Made by a program: the position numbers and the translations under genes. This document shows, one piece after another, positions 28,175 through 36,539 of a DNA stretch of 64,000 nucleotides (the first letter of the stretch is position 1; each line of letters starts with the position of its first letter). The notes beneath the pieces were generated by a model, which was not told where the DNA came from, made no database searches, and was given only the letters and a program-made list of their open reading frames with translations. Source of the stretch: a virus. The stretch covers positions 1 through 64,000 of IMG/VR virus record IMGVR_UViG_3300036861_000507; one strand, written 5' to 3'.

Positions 28175-29173
28175 ATGTCCGATGCGTTCGTGGTCGCCGC
28201 CGTCATTCCGCTTTACAACGGACATAGGTTCATCTTCGAGGCGATCGCCTCCGTTCTCAATCAGACCCGTATTCCCGACGAAATCATTGTCGTTGATGAC
28301 GGGTCTACCAATCCGCTCGGAGCGCAAATCGTCGAAGCATTCATCCCCAGAGACAAGCGCGTTCGCCTTCTACGCAAACCCAACGGGGGGCAATCCTCGG
28401 CACGCAACTTTGGCGTGGCTCACTTCACCGCCACCCACATCGCCTTCCTGGATCAGGATGACCGCTGGTATCCTGGGCATGTCGAAGCGCTGCTGCGGCC
28501 GTTCAAGAAGAAACGGGACGGTGCGCCGCTTGGGTGGGTCCACAGCAATGTGGACGAGATCGACGAGGGCGGCAATCTCGTCTGCAAATCCATTCTTTCT
28601 GTGCACGGCAAGGATCGCGCGAAACCGCACTTGTTCGATTGCTTGAGCGACGATCTGTTCATCACGCCATCAGCCACGCTGATATCGCGCGCCTCCTTCG
28701 ATGCAGTCGGAGGCTTCGATGAACGCCTCTGCGGCTACGAGGACGACGATTTGTTCCTGAGATTGTTTCGGGCTGGATACGATAGCGCATATCTGAACGC
28801 ATCGCTGTCGCAATGGCGCATTTATGGGTCGTCGACATCGTTCACGCCGCGCATGCGACAATCGCGCGACATCTACGCCAGGAAATTGATGGCCGCTTTC
28901 CCTGACAATCCAGCGCGCAATCTTTACATCACCCGCGACCTGATCGGTCCTCGCTTTGCCCGTTTGAACTATTCCGACCTGCTGCACGGCCTGGCAACAC
29001 ATGACATCGCCAGAGTGGATGGCGCTCTTAGCAGCCTGCGCCCGTTCTCCAAATGGCTGCGACAGAGGCAACGTATCGTGGTGATGTTGGCGTCGATCTT
29101 GCTGCGCGCACGATTGTTGCGACTGCCCTATACGTGGCACATGATTGACGCCTATCGCACGGTGCGCCGCTAG
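28175..29173 (+). CDS. GT2-family glycosyltransferase (moron, opposite strand)
   Basis: VIPLYNG, IIVVDDGS, NGGQSSARNFG, FLDQDD, GGFDE, YEDDDL; lower GC. Confidence 0.92.
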   Translation: MSDAFVVAAVIPLYNGHRFIFEAIASVLNQTRIPDEIIVVDDGSTNPLGAQIVEAFIPRDKRVRLLRKPNGGQSSARNFGVAHFTATHIAFLDQDDRWYPGHVEALLRPFKKKRDGAPLGWVHSNVDEIDEGGNLVCKSILSVHGKDRAKPHLFDCLSDDLFITPSATLISRASFDAVGGFDERLCGYEDDDLFLRLFRAGYDSAYLNASLSQWRIYGSSTSFTPRMRQSRDIYARKLMAAFPDNPARNLYITRDLIGPRFARLNYSDLLHGLATHDIARVDGALSSLRPFSKWLRQRQRIVVMLASILLRARLLRLPYTWHMIDAYRTVRR

Positions 29174-30990
29174 GTCGGGGCCACGGTTCCGCACGGCACG
29201 TAGACAGTCGTGCCGTTAAGGTCGAAGATGAAATACTTACCGAAGTTGGTGGAACTGTCTGCGGCGTTCGAAATCGTCTTGACCCCGGTGCCGATGGTGC
29301 TGACTGCTTGATCGATCCGCAGCGAGTCCGTTTGGAATAGGCCCACATGATCCGTGCCGCCGCCAGCCGCGATGGTCATGCGCGGGGTGTTGCTGGTCTT
29401 GAATACGAACGCTCCGGCGCCTTCCTGGGTGAACGAGAAATCGCCCGTCCCGGTATTGGCAAACGAAGCCGCGCCATTTACCCCGCCAAGTCTCAGAAAG
29501 CGGCATTCGTAATCGGTCGAAGCGACGGCGTGAAAGTCTATGTAGACATTGCCGTCACCTGTGCGGCTACCGCCGAGTTCAATCTTTGCATCCCCGGTCG
29601 ACACGCCCACGCCAGTAGTGATTTGCGGCCCGAAGCTTGGACTCGACGTGGTCTTTACATCTTGGTCGAACCAATCATTGAGAGTCGGATTGCCATTAAG
29701 CGTTACGGTCCTAGCTGCGTCGCCTGTCGTAATTGTCAGATTGCGATCAACCGTCAGATCTGAGCCAGGCACGATGATCAGATCGTGCGAGGCGTTCGTG
29801 TCCAGAAGATGCAGGCCAGTATTTGGCAGCGTCAGCGTGCCACCGGCAAGTGCAAGATCACCGGCCGAATGCGTGAGTGTGATATTGCCGCTGTTGAAAT
29901 TAATCACCGCGCCTGAGGCTAGGAAGACATCAGACCACTTGAGCGATGTACTTCCCAGTGCCCCGATATCGTTCTGAGCTGGTAACAGCGCGCTGTTGAC
30001 AAAGAGGCCGCCCGCGCTGCCCCACATCGTTGTATCAGTCGTTGCGCCACTATTGACCCATCGCACCTCCTGATTACGCGCCAATTCGATTGCCACGCCA
30101 CCGGCGCTGACGCCGACCGACGTGTCGAGATCGTCAAAAACAATGATCCCCTTGCGAAATGTTGCCGTAACAGAAGTGCCGATGATCAGGCCGGCCGAGC
30201 AATTGGCGGTATAGCCGCTGTAGCCCGCCGAAATATTGATGCCGAGGGTGCTGCCGGGCAACACTCCGGAATACGGAGTCAGATCAACGATTGATCCAGC
30301 ATTTGCGACGGTGAATTCGTTCTCGGTAGCGCCGCCAACACCGATATTGCGGATCGCGAGACCGTAAACGCCAACCGCAATGGGGAATACGCCGCTCGTG
30401 TCGTCATTCAAGCCGAAACCGCTGACACCTTGCGATCCTCCAGACGCCGAACCTGCCCACGAGAAGAAATCGCACGTGCGCGCCCCCCCGACCACGCCAA
30501 GCGTCCCGATTGCGCTGACGGCCGACAACTGCGCATTTTGAGTCGATGCTGGGAATGTAGTCTCCAACCAATCTGGGGTCGACATCGGAGCGTCAGAGCT
30601 GCCGAGCGCAGCCGTGCCCACAAACAGTCGATTGAGCCGATGGACCTTGGCTGTTCCAGGGTTTGTAAAGTATGTCGGATTCCAGAACGTAGCTGGACTG
30701 CCGATGACGGCGGAACTATCATTGAGGCGGCCAGCGGCACCAAACGTAACCGAAGCCGGCACCATCAGGTTGTCGCTGTCGTCGATGGTGACGCCGGAGC
30801 CCTGCAGGAGCCCGGTGCTGGCGTCGTAGCGGATGACGGCATTGTCCGTGGTCGCGCTCGGAATGCCGACGCCGACGATCAGGTCGGCGACCGTGATCCG
30901 ACGCGAGTTACCGCTCAGGACCCCGTAGAGGTAGTCCGTGGAGAGGATCGAGACGCCAGGTGGCAGGGACGAGAGGGCCTTGTCGCTCAT
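29170..30990 (-). CDS. Tail fibre/spike (receptor-binding protein)
   Basis: N-terminal anchor KALSSLP...D.LYGV.SGNSRRIT; G/S/T-rich beta-repeat body; lower-GC C-terminal region. Confidence 0.75.
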   Translation of the reverse strand: MSDKALSSLPPGVSILSTDYLYGVLSGNSRRITVADLIVGVGIPSATTDNAVIRYDASTGLLQGSGVTIDDSDNLMVPASVTFGAAGRLNDSSAVIGSPATFWNPTYFTNPGTAKVHRLNRLFVGTAALGSSDAPMSTPDWLETTFPASTQNAQLSAVSAIGTLGVVGGARTCDFFSWAGSASGGSQGVSGFGLNDDTSGVFPIAVGVYGLAIRNIGVGGATENEFTVANAGSIVDLTPYSGVLPGSTLGINISAGYSGYTANCSAGLIIGTSVTATFRKGIIVFDDLDTSVGVSAGGVAIELARNQEVRWVNSGATTDTTMWGSAGGLFVNSALLPAQNDIGALGSTSLKWSDVFLASGAVINFNSGNITLTHSAGDLALAGGTLTLPNTGLHLLDTNASHDLIIVPGSDLTVDRNLTITTGDAARTVTLNGNPTLNDWFDQDVKTTSSPSFGPQITTGVGVSTGDAKIELGGSRTGDGNVYIDFHAVASTDYECRFLRLGGVNGAASFANTGTGDFSFTQEGAGAFVFKTSNTPRMTIAAGGGTDHVGLFQTDSLRIDQAVSTIGTGVKTISNAADSSTNFGKYFIFDLNGTTVYVPCGTVAPT

Positions 30991-31241
30991 ACGACGGGCT
31001 CCGTGACCCGCTTGGTGATGGTCGCGCCGATGGCGGTAACGTCTCCCTCCAATTTCAGGGCATCGGTGCCGATGTCCTGCATGTCACCTTCCAGCAGCAG
31101 CACGCCCTCCTGATCACCCTCCAAGGCCAACAGGAAGGAGATGCGCGAGGTGTTGAAGGCTCCCGTCGGGGCCTCCGACACGCGCACGGTCTTCCCGCCG
31201 GATGCAGCGCCGCTGATCCGCTTGGTGACGGTCGTGGGCAT
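30987..31241 (-). CDS. Small putative virion protein
   Basis: Repeated L.LEGD motif; coupled to the fibre gene. Confidence 0.55.
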   Translation of the reverse strand: MPTTVTKRISGAASGGKTVRVSEAPTGAFNTSRISFLLALEGDQEGVLLLEGDMQDIGTDALKLEGDVTAIGATITKRVTEPVV

Positions 31242-31247
31242 AGGGTG

Positions 31248-31574
31248 CTAGCGGTTCTCGCTGGACCAGACGTAGAGCCGGCCAGCGCCAGTGGCGCCGG
31301 CCTTCGTGACGCGCAGGCGCTCACCGTGGGCATGGACCACGACGCCAGTGTCTGTGGGGTCGAAGGAGGCGCGCAGTTGAGGTGAAAGCCCAGTCGACAC
31401 AATCAGCCAGCCATCGCCCGTATCGCCAGCCCGCGGATAGAGCCCGATCTCGAGCGAGCCGCCGGTGTCGCCGGATATGTTGACCCAGCGCCACTGCTCG
31501 ACCCGACCCGAGAGATTGGGGCCCGTGTCGGTCTGCGTGCCGGTGTCGTTGAGCTCGAAAAGATGGCGCTGCAT
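31248..31574 (-). CDS. Small putative virion protein; 5 DTG in 108 aa
   Basis: Beta-rich ORF with SD; DTG motif shared with the tail proteins. Confidence 0.65.
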   Translation of the reverse strand: MQRHLFELNDTGTQTDTGPNLSGRVEQWRWVNISGDTGGSLEIGLYPRAGDTGDGWLIVSTGLSPQLRASFDPTDTGVVVHAHGERLRVTKAGATGAGRLYVWSSENR

Positions 31575-31588
31575 GGCGCTGGCCCTCT

Positions 31589-31993
31589 TCAGTGCGCGCG
31601 AATGGATTTGCCGGTGGTCGCAACGAGTGCATCCAGCACGGGCTTGGGCAGGTCGTAGTAGCTGCGCGAGTAGTACACGACCCCGGCGATGGAGCGCTGG
31701 AAGACGATCGCCAGCTTCAGGTCGTGGGGGTAGACCTGGACCAGGACGTCGTCCTCGTCGAAGCGGATCGGCCTGAGCGCGCCCTTGGCCGCGAATGCCT
31801 CGATGGCATTGGCCACCGCGTCGTCGAACACGGGACGCTGGAGCTTCTTCTGGCTTGCCGTGACGAACTTGCGCTTGGGCGCGTACTGGGTCCGATAGTT
31901 GGTCAGGTTGGCCACGACGCGCGGGTGGATCACGACGTGGCCGGAGGCCTTGAGGCCACCGAGGTGCTCACCGTTCACGCGGTCAAGGGGCAT
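31589..31993 (-). CDS. Hypothetical protein
   Basis: ORF overlapping the terS 3' end. Confidence 0.55.
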   Translation of the reverse strand: MPLDRVNGEHLGGLKASGHVVIHPRVVANLTNYRTQYAPKRKFVTASQKKLQRPVFDDAVANAIEAFAAKGALRPIRFDEDDVLVQVYPHDLKLAIVFQRSIAGVVYYSRSYYDLPKPVLDALVATTGKSIRAH

Positions 31994-32504
31994 CCGGCTC
32001 ATCCTTCTTGTCGACCTGGGCCTCGCGCAGGATGTCGAGCACGGCCCTGGCGACGTCGCGGGAGGAGGCATCCGGGATCAATGGGGCGCCGTCCTTGCCG
32101 GTCACCTCGTTGGACACCCGCTCGCGCCACTTCTCCGGCTGCCTGTTGGTCAGCCAGAACTTGGCGGCGCTGACGTCGGGAGGCACATGCTCCTTGTGGG
32201 GCACGATCACCGGGACGCCCTCGTACTGCATGATCTTCACGGCGTCGTAGGTGTAGCCGACGGCGCGCTCGTAGACCGAGAAGCCGACGCGCTCGTCCGC
32301 GACCTCCTTGCCTACCCTCACTGCGTCTGAAAATTCCTGATGCGCTGCAAGCCATTGGTAGATGGTTGAACGCACAACGCCGAACTTGTCGGCGAGCTCG
32401 GCCATGGTGGCGCCGCGGGCGCACATCTGGACGGCGATGTCTGCAAATTCAGGGCGGTAATCGGTCGGTCGACCCGGGCCGCTGTCGGTGCTGGCGTCGC
32501 TCAT
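31983..32504 (-). CDS. terS: Terminase small subunit
   Basis: GRPTDYRPEF, HTH, W...H.EFSDA, PPDVSAAKFWL.NR.PEKWR, EVTGKDGAPL motifs. Confidence 0.88.
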   Translation of the reverse strand: MSDASTDSGPGRPTDYRPEFADIAVQMCARGATMAELADKFGVVRSTIYQWLAAHQEFSDAVRVGKEVADERVGFSVYERAVGYTYDAVKIMQYEGVPVIVPHKEHVPPDVSAAKFWLTNRQPEKWRERVSNEVTGKDGAPLIPDASSRDVARAVLDILREAQVDKKDEPDAP

Positions 32505-32704
32505 GTCTCGGCGATGGTCTTCTTGCGGGCGGGCTTGTGCTTGTAGAGCTCGCACCAGCCATCCGGGCTGATGGTGCCGGCGACGGCCGTGCAGGCGTGC
32601 GGCGGCCGGAACATCGTGCACTTGGCGCACTGCCGGTCACCCCGGGGGCGATCCTGGTAGCGGACGATGCCCTTGCTGCTCTTCTTGTCGGCGTACGTTG
32701 CCAT
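32501..32704 (-). CDS. HiPIP-like [4Fe-4S] protein without signal peptide
   Basis: YQDRP.GDRQCAKCTMF.PP.ACTAVAGTISPDGWCELY: four Cys with HiPIP spacing and GWC. Confidence 0.8.
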   Translation of the reverse strand: MATYADKKSSKGIVRYQDRPRGDRQCAKCTMFRPPHACTAVAGTISPDGWCELYKHKPARKKTIAET

Positions 32705-33656
32705 GCTCGATTGCTCGATTGAACCTCGCACGCTTCGGCTGGGCACCCGGTATTTCATCAGCCGCTCGAGCCCGTTCCTCCGCCTTGGATCCTGAGATCG
32801 TTTGGTGCGCGGGGCGTACGGGTATCTCGGTAACGGCGAGTGAAACTGGGTACTCCGCTGGAAGCGGGTAGCTGATTTGCGCTTGAGCGCGAAGGGGTCA
32901 TGTCGCCGAAATACCAAAGCATCGACATGAGGGGATGGATGTGTCGGCGCCGACGACATGCGCGGGGCCAGAAATGCGAAGCCCCAGCGCTTGGGCCGGG
33001 GCTTGTGCTCACCTGATTCGGGAGCGTGCCTACATTGGCTGACACAGACCCGGCCGCCCGTCCAATCACGTCTTCGTGATATTAGTTAACCGAAGTTCGC
33101 GCCCACTCCATCGCCTGCTTGCAATCGGTCATCTTGGTGTGACCGAACATGCAGGCGCCGCCGTGCGGAACCTTGTCGGTCCACAGCAGATAGACGCACT
33201 GCCAGCACACCTTGCAGTAGGCCGAGAACGGCTCATCGGGGAAGGCGAGAGCGCGGCGGTCGGGCAGATTGTCCATGGCTCACCCCTTCCCTCCCGGCAC
33301 CTTGCCGTCCAACTCCCTGCTCACCCGCATCGCCCAGGCAACCGCCTTGCCGATGGCGCGAGCTCGCCGAAGCCTCGAGGCGTAGTCGTCCCGGTGCGAG
33401 GTAGCGGGCTCGACCATGGTCGCCTTCTTCCAACCGAAGCGGCGAGCAGGAGGCCAGTCGGCGGCGATTCTCTGCTTGTCGATGTCGGTCATGGTCCTAA
33501 CCTCGTGTGACGGGATTCGTGCGGGCTGGTTTTCGCTGTTTTCGCTCTGTTCGCATGTTTTGGCCACCTTGGACAGTGCCGAGATTCGCGCTTATCATTC
33601 TAATTCCATGACATTTTCCGGGTTGAAGGCGCAATACGCGTACTTAGCCTGCTGAA

Positions 33657-33701
33657 TTTGTAAACCGTTGGTCGGGGGTTCAAATCCCTCAGCCGGCACC
33701 A
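33657..33701 (+). other. attP core: 3' half of tRNA-Thr(UGU)
   Basis: TTTGTAA anticodon loop, GGGGG-TTCAAAT-CCCTC T arm, AGCCGGC-A-CCA; no 5' half upstream; 30 bp from the integrase stop. Confidence 0.85.
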
Positions 33702-33731
33702 TGAAATCATTAGCTTTTTGCCATTCCACCG

Positions 33732-35096
33732 TTACTCAAGCTCATCGATTGTGACGGCCTTTGTGCGGCCCGCTGTCGCGGATTGCGCCGGACCCGGCAA
33801 GGCGGTGTGACGGCTCCCCTCCTCGAACGCACGACCGCGATCAAGCGCGGCATGCAAATGCTTCACCTCGAGGAAGGCGTAGGCGCGCTCGGTCTGCTCG
33901 ATCGAGGCGTGTCCCAGCCACTTCGAAACTTCCTCCATGGAGAGCCGCAGGTCCTGCAAGAGCCGGCACCCGCACGTGCGTCTCAGGTCATGCCAGCGCA
34001 GATCGGGGATGACGTCGGCCCAGGCCTGCTTCTCCTGGAGGGCGGCGATCTCAGTCCGGCGTGCCGGGGTCAGCTTCAGTCCCTTCTGCGCGAGCTTGGT
34101 CACCTCGCGGCGAAAGATGTAGGTGCGCCCGCCTGTGGCAATGTCCTTGAGCATGGGCAGCAGGTCAAAATAGCGGCTGCGGGTCTCGCCATCCTGGTGC
34201 CATAGCACGAACGGAGCCTTCTCACGCCCGCGCGGGTCGTTCTTGCCGGCCAACACATCGGCGGCCCGCGGCAGGGCTTTCAAGATCTTGACGCTGCGCT
34301 GAGGGATCGGAATAGTGCGGCCCTTGCCCGTCTTGCGACCAGTCTTGGCGAGCTCTCTTGGGACGTGCCACTCCGGCGTAGCCTTATCCAGATCGATCAT
34401 GGTCCAGTCAGCAGCGAGCAACTCCTCCTTGCGCAAGCCTATGTCGATCGTCAGCACGATACCGGCGAACAGCATGATGTGGTCCTCCTGCCGCATCGCC
34501 TCGCCATCCCAGCGCGTGAGCTTACCCCGGCAACGCCTGATCAGTTCGTCCTCCTCCTGGTGGCTCAGATAGCGGGTGCGGGTCGGCGCTGGCAACAGCA
34601 GGCCGCGCTTGGCGCGATTGCGCACGTAAGCTGCCACGCGGTTGCCCTCCACCCACTCCCACTCCATGGCGCAGGTGAACATGGCGGATAGGCAGGTGAG
34701 GTCGTTCAGGATCGTGCCGCTGGTGACGCCATCGCGTCGGCGCTTCTGCTCGAACTCCGACAACGTCGACGAGGTGATCTCGTCCAGCATCTTGCCCTTG
34801 AATTGCGCGGTGAGCACCTTGAGGGACTGCAGATAGCGCTGCGCTCCACGCGGCTTCAACCGCGGCAGATGTTCGTCTATGAACTTGTTAGCTGCCTCCG
34901 TGTAGGAGCGCGCAGGCTTTTCTCCCCAGCCTTGACCCTCGAGCTCTGCGAGCCACTTCTTGACCCGCTCTCGAGCAACCTTTGGATCCTTTGTTCCAAG
35001 AGGGTCTCGGAATGGCTTTCCATTCTTTTCCTTGCGCCCCCACGCCCACTCCCCGCGCCACCAGACGTTGTCGATTTTCGGCTTCTTGCTTGCCAT
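33732..35096 (-). CDS. int: Tyrosine recombinase (integrase)
   Basis: GLRKEEL, K(TG), HDLRRT, LGH...T..AY catalytic motifs. Confidence 0.95.
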   Translation of the reverse strand: MASKKPKIDNVWWRGEWAWGRKEKNGKPFRDPLGTKDPKVARERVKKWLAELEGQGWGEKPARSYTEAANKFIDEHLPRLKPRGAQRYLQSLKVLTAQFKGKMLDEITSSTLSEFEQKRRRDGVTSGTILNDLTCLSAMFTCAMEWEWVEGNRVAAYVRNRAKRGLLLPAPTRTRYLSHQEEDELIRRCRGKLTRWDGEAMRQEDHIMLFAGIVLTIDIGLRKEELLAADWTMIDLDKATPEWHVPRELAKTGRKTGKGRTIPIPQRSVKILKALPRAADVLAGKNDPRGREKAPFVLWHQDGETRSRYFDLLPMLKDIATGGRTYIFRREVTKLAQKGLKLTPARRTEIAALQEKQAWADVIPDLRWHDLRRTCGCRLLQDLRLSMEEVSKWLGHASIEQTERAYAFLEVKHLHAALDRGRAFEEGSRHTALPGPAQSATAGRTKAVTIDELE

Positions 35097-35299
35097 GCGG
35101 TCTTCCTCTTGGCGCCGGCCGCGAGCCAGCGCTCGAAGGCCTGCAGGTCGAATAGATAGGAGGTGTGAGCGCCAGCGGGCTGGGTGGCGAAGTCGATCTT
35201 CTCCTCCGACGCCATGCGCTGCCAGTAGCGCGCGGTTTTGCCGGTGCGCTCGGCAAGATACTTGGCACTGACGAGAGGGGGGCGCTCATGGATGATCAT
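34877..35299 (-). CDS. Excisionase-like winged-helix protein
   Basis: HTH-like N-terminal ~70 aa directly upstream of and overlapping int. Confidence 0.6.
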   Translation of the reverse strand: MIIHERPPLVSAKYLAERTGKTARYWQRMASEEKIDFATQPAGAHTSYLFDLQAFERWLAAGAKRKTAWQARSRKSTTSGGAGSGRGGARKRMESHSETLLEQRIQRLLESGSRSGSQSSRVKAGEKSLRAPTRRQLTSS

Positions 35300-35703
35300 T
35301 CGTAAATCTCCCCGCTATGCTCACGCACCCATACCCGCAGTGCATCCAGATCATCCGGGCACATGCGGAACCACTCGCAGTGCATGCGCTGGGCGCGGAA
35401 TTGCTTGTGTAAGGCGCGCTCGTCGCGGCCCTGTCCCTTCGCGACAGCCCACAGCTTGAGTTGGAAGGGGCAGCCAGGCTGCAGATTGGCCATCCGGGCC
35501 CCTGCGCTGTCTTCGGTGTATCCGAGCTTGATGCAGCCACAGCATTCGATGAAGTACACGCGACCGCGGTTAAGGCGATCAATCTCGCGTCGCGCAGCTC
35601 GACGCTCCTTGACGCTCTTCGAAGTGATCTTGGCGGTCAGCGCCAATGCCTCGGCCACCTCGTCGCTTGCGACCATCACGGACGGGTGCAGGCGTCTACC
35701 CAT
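35296..35703 (-). CDS. GIY-YIG (T5orf172-like) protein
   Basis: VYFI....IKLGYT...R...LQ.GCP...E..LH..F...R...EWF. Confidence 0.75.
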   Translation of the reverse strand: MGRRLHPSVMVASDEVAEALALTAKITSKSVKERRAARREIDRLNRGRVYFIECCGCIKLGYTEDSAGARMANLQPGCPFQLKLWAVAKGQGRDERALHKQFRAQRMHCEWFRMCPDDLDALRVWVREHSGEIYE

Positions 35704-36382
35704 GTCTCTCCCCTTCCCCCGCCGCCGTGAGCGCCCCGTCCGGTGCACGAGAGCCGGGCCTTGTCTCGAGGTCATCGTCCTCGGGCCCGTCGTGGCAGAC
35801 GCAGTCGCATGGCTCGTCGGTGTCGTCGCCGTAGCGCTCCCTTGCACAGTCGAGGGCGTCGTCGTGTAGGCATGCGCAGTGGCGCCTCATGACGCTTCCT
35901 CCGGCTTCGCCGCCTTGCACCACTCCGCGCACTTCTTGAACGAACGAGGCCGTGAGCCAGCGTGCGGCGAAGCCGGGCCGCTCCTGGATACCCACCGGCA
36001 TGCGCTGCTCGCCGTCCTTGACCACGCCGGCGACGTTGCTCAAGAGCTCGTGCGCCCTGGCGACCTGGTCTCTCAGCTTGAAGGCTTCGTCCGGGCTGGC
36101 CCAGCCGCTTTCGATGAGGCGCTCGATGACCTCCTGGGCGTGCGGGTCGCAGCCGCAGTGGGGCCAGTCGCAGTCCTGGGGCGGGTCGGCTGTGGGCTGG
36201 GCTTTGCACTTCCAACTGACGAGCGCATGCCACTCGCGGATCGGCTTGACGACGACATGGCCGCCCACATCCATGCCGATGCCGCCGCCTTGGGTGACGT
36301 GCAGGCTGGGCGCGTAGTAGTCGCCTTCGCGCTCGCGCCAGAGCTCGCGGTCGGTGTTCTGCTTGCCGACTTGATCGGTCAT
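35696..36382 (-). CDS. Hypothetical phage protein with Cys-rich segments
   Basis: ORF in the early left operon; PQDCDWPHCGCDP. Confidence 0.5.
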   Translation of the reverse strand: MTDQVGKQNTDRELWREREGDYYAPSLHVTQGGGIGMDVGGHVVVKPIREWHALVSWKCKAQPTADPPQDCDWPHCGCDPHAQEVIERLIESGWASPDEAFKLRDQVARAHELLSNVAGVVKDGEQRMPVGIQERPGFAARWLTASFVQEVRGVVQGGEAGGSVMRRHCACLHDDALDCARERYGDDTDEPCDCVCHDGPEDDDLETRPGSRAPDGALTAAGEGERHG

Positions 36383-36539
36383 GATCTGCCCCGATCGTGA
36401 GAGCCGTCGTGGTGACCGGCGATGTAGCCGGCGATGCTCACGAAGGCGATGGCGATGGCCGACGCCGCGTTGTGGTGCGCGACCCAGGCGATGATCACGA
36501 GCGTCGAGACCGCAATGCTGACTGCGAGGGTGGTGCGGG

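Noticed and set aside
26049-30990. Diversity-generating retroelement acting on the fibre (BPP-1-like head genes prompted the check)
   Set aside because: No reverse transcriptase and no template/variable repeat pair seen in the window
33657-33701. Functional tRNA gene
   Set aside because: The 5' acceptor strand and D arm are absent; interpreted as the att core
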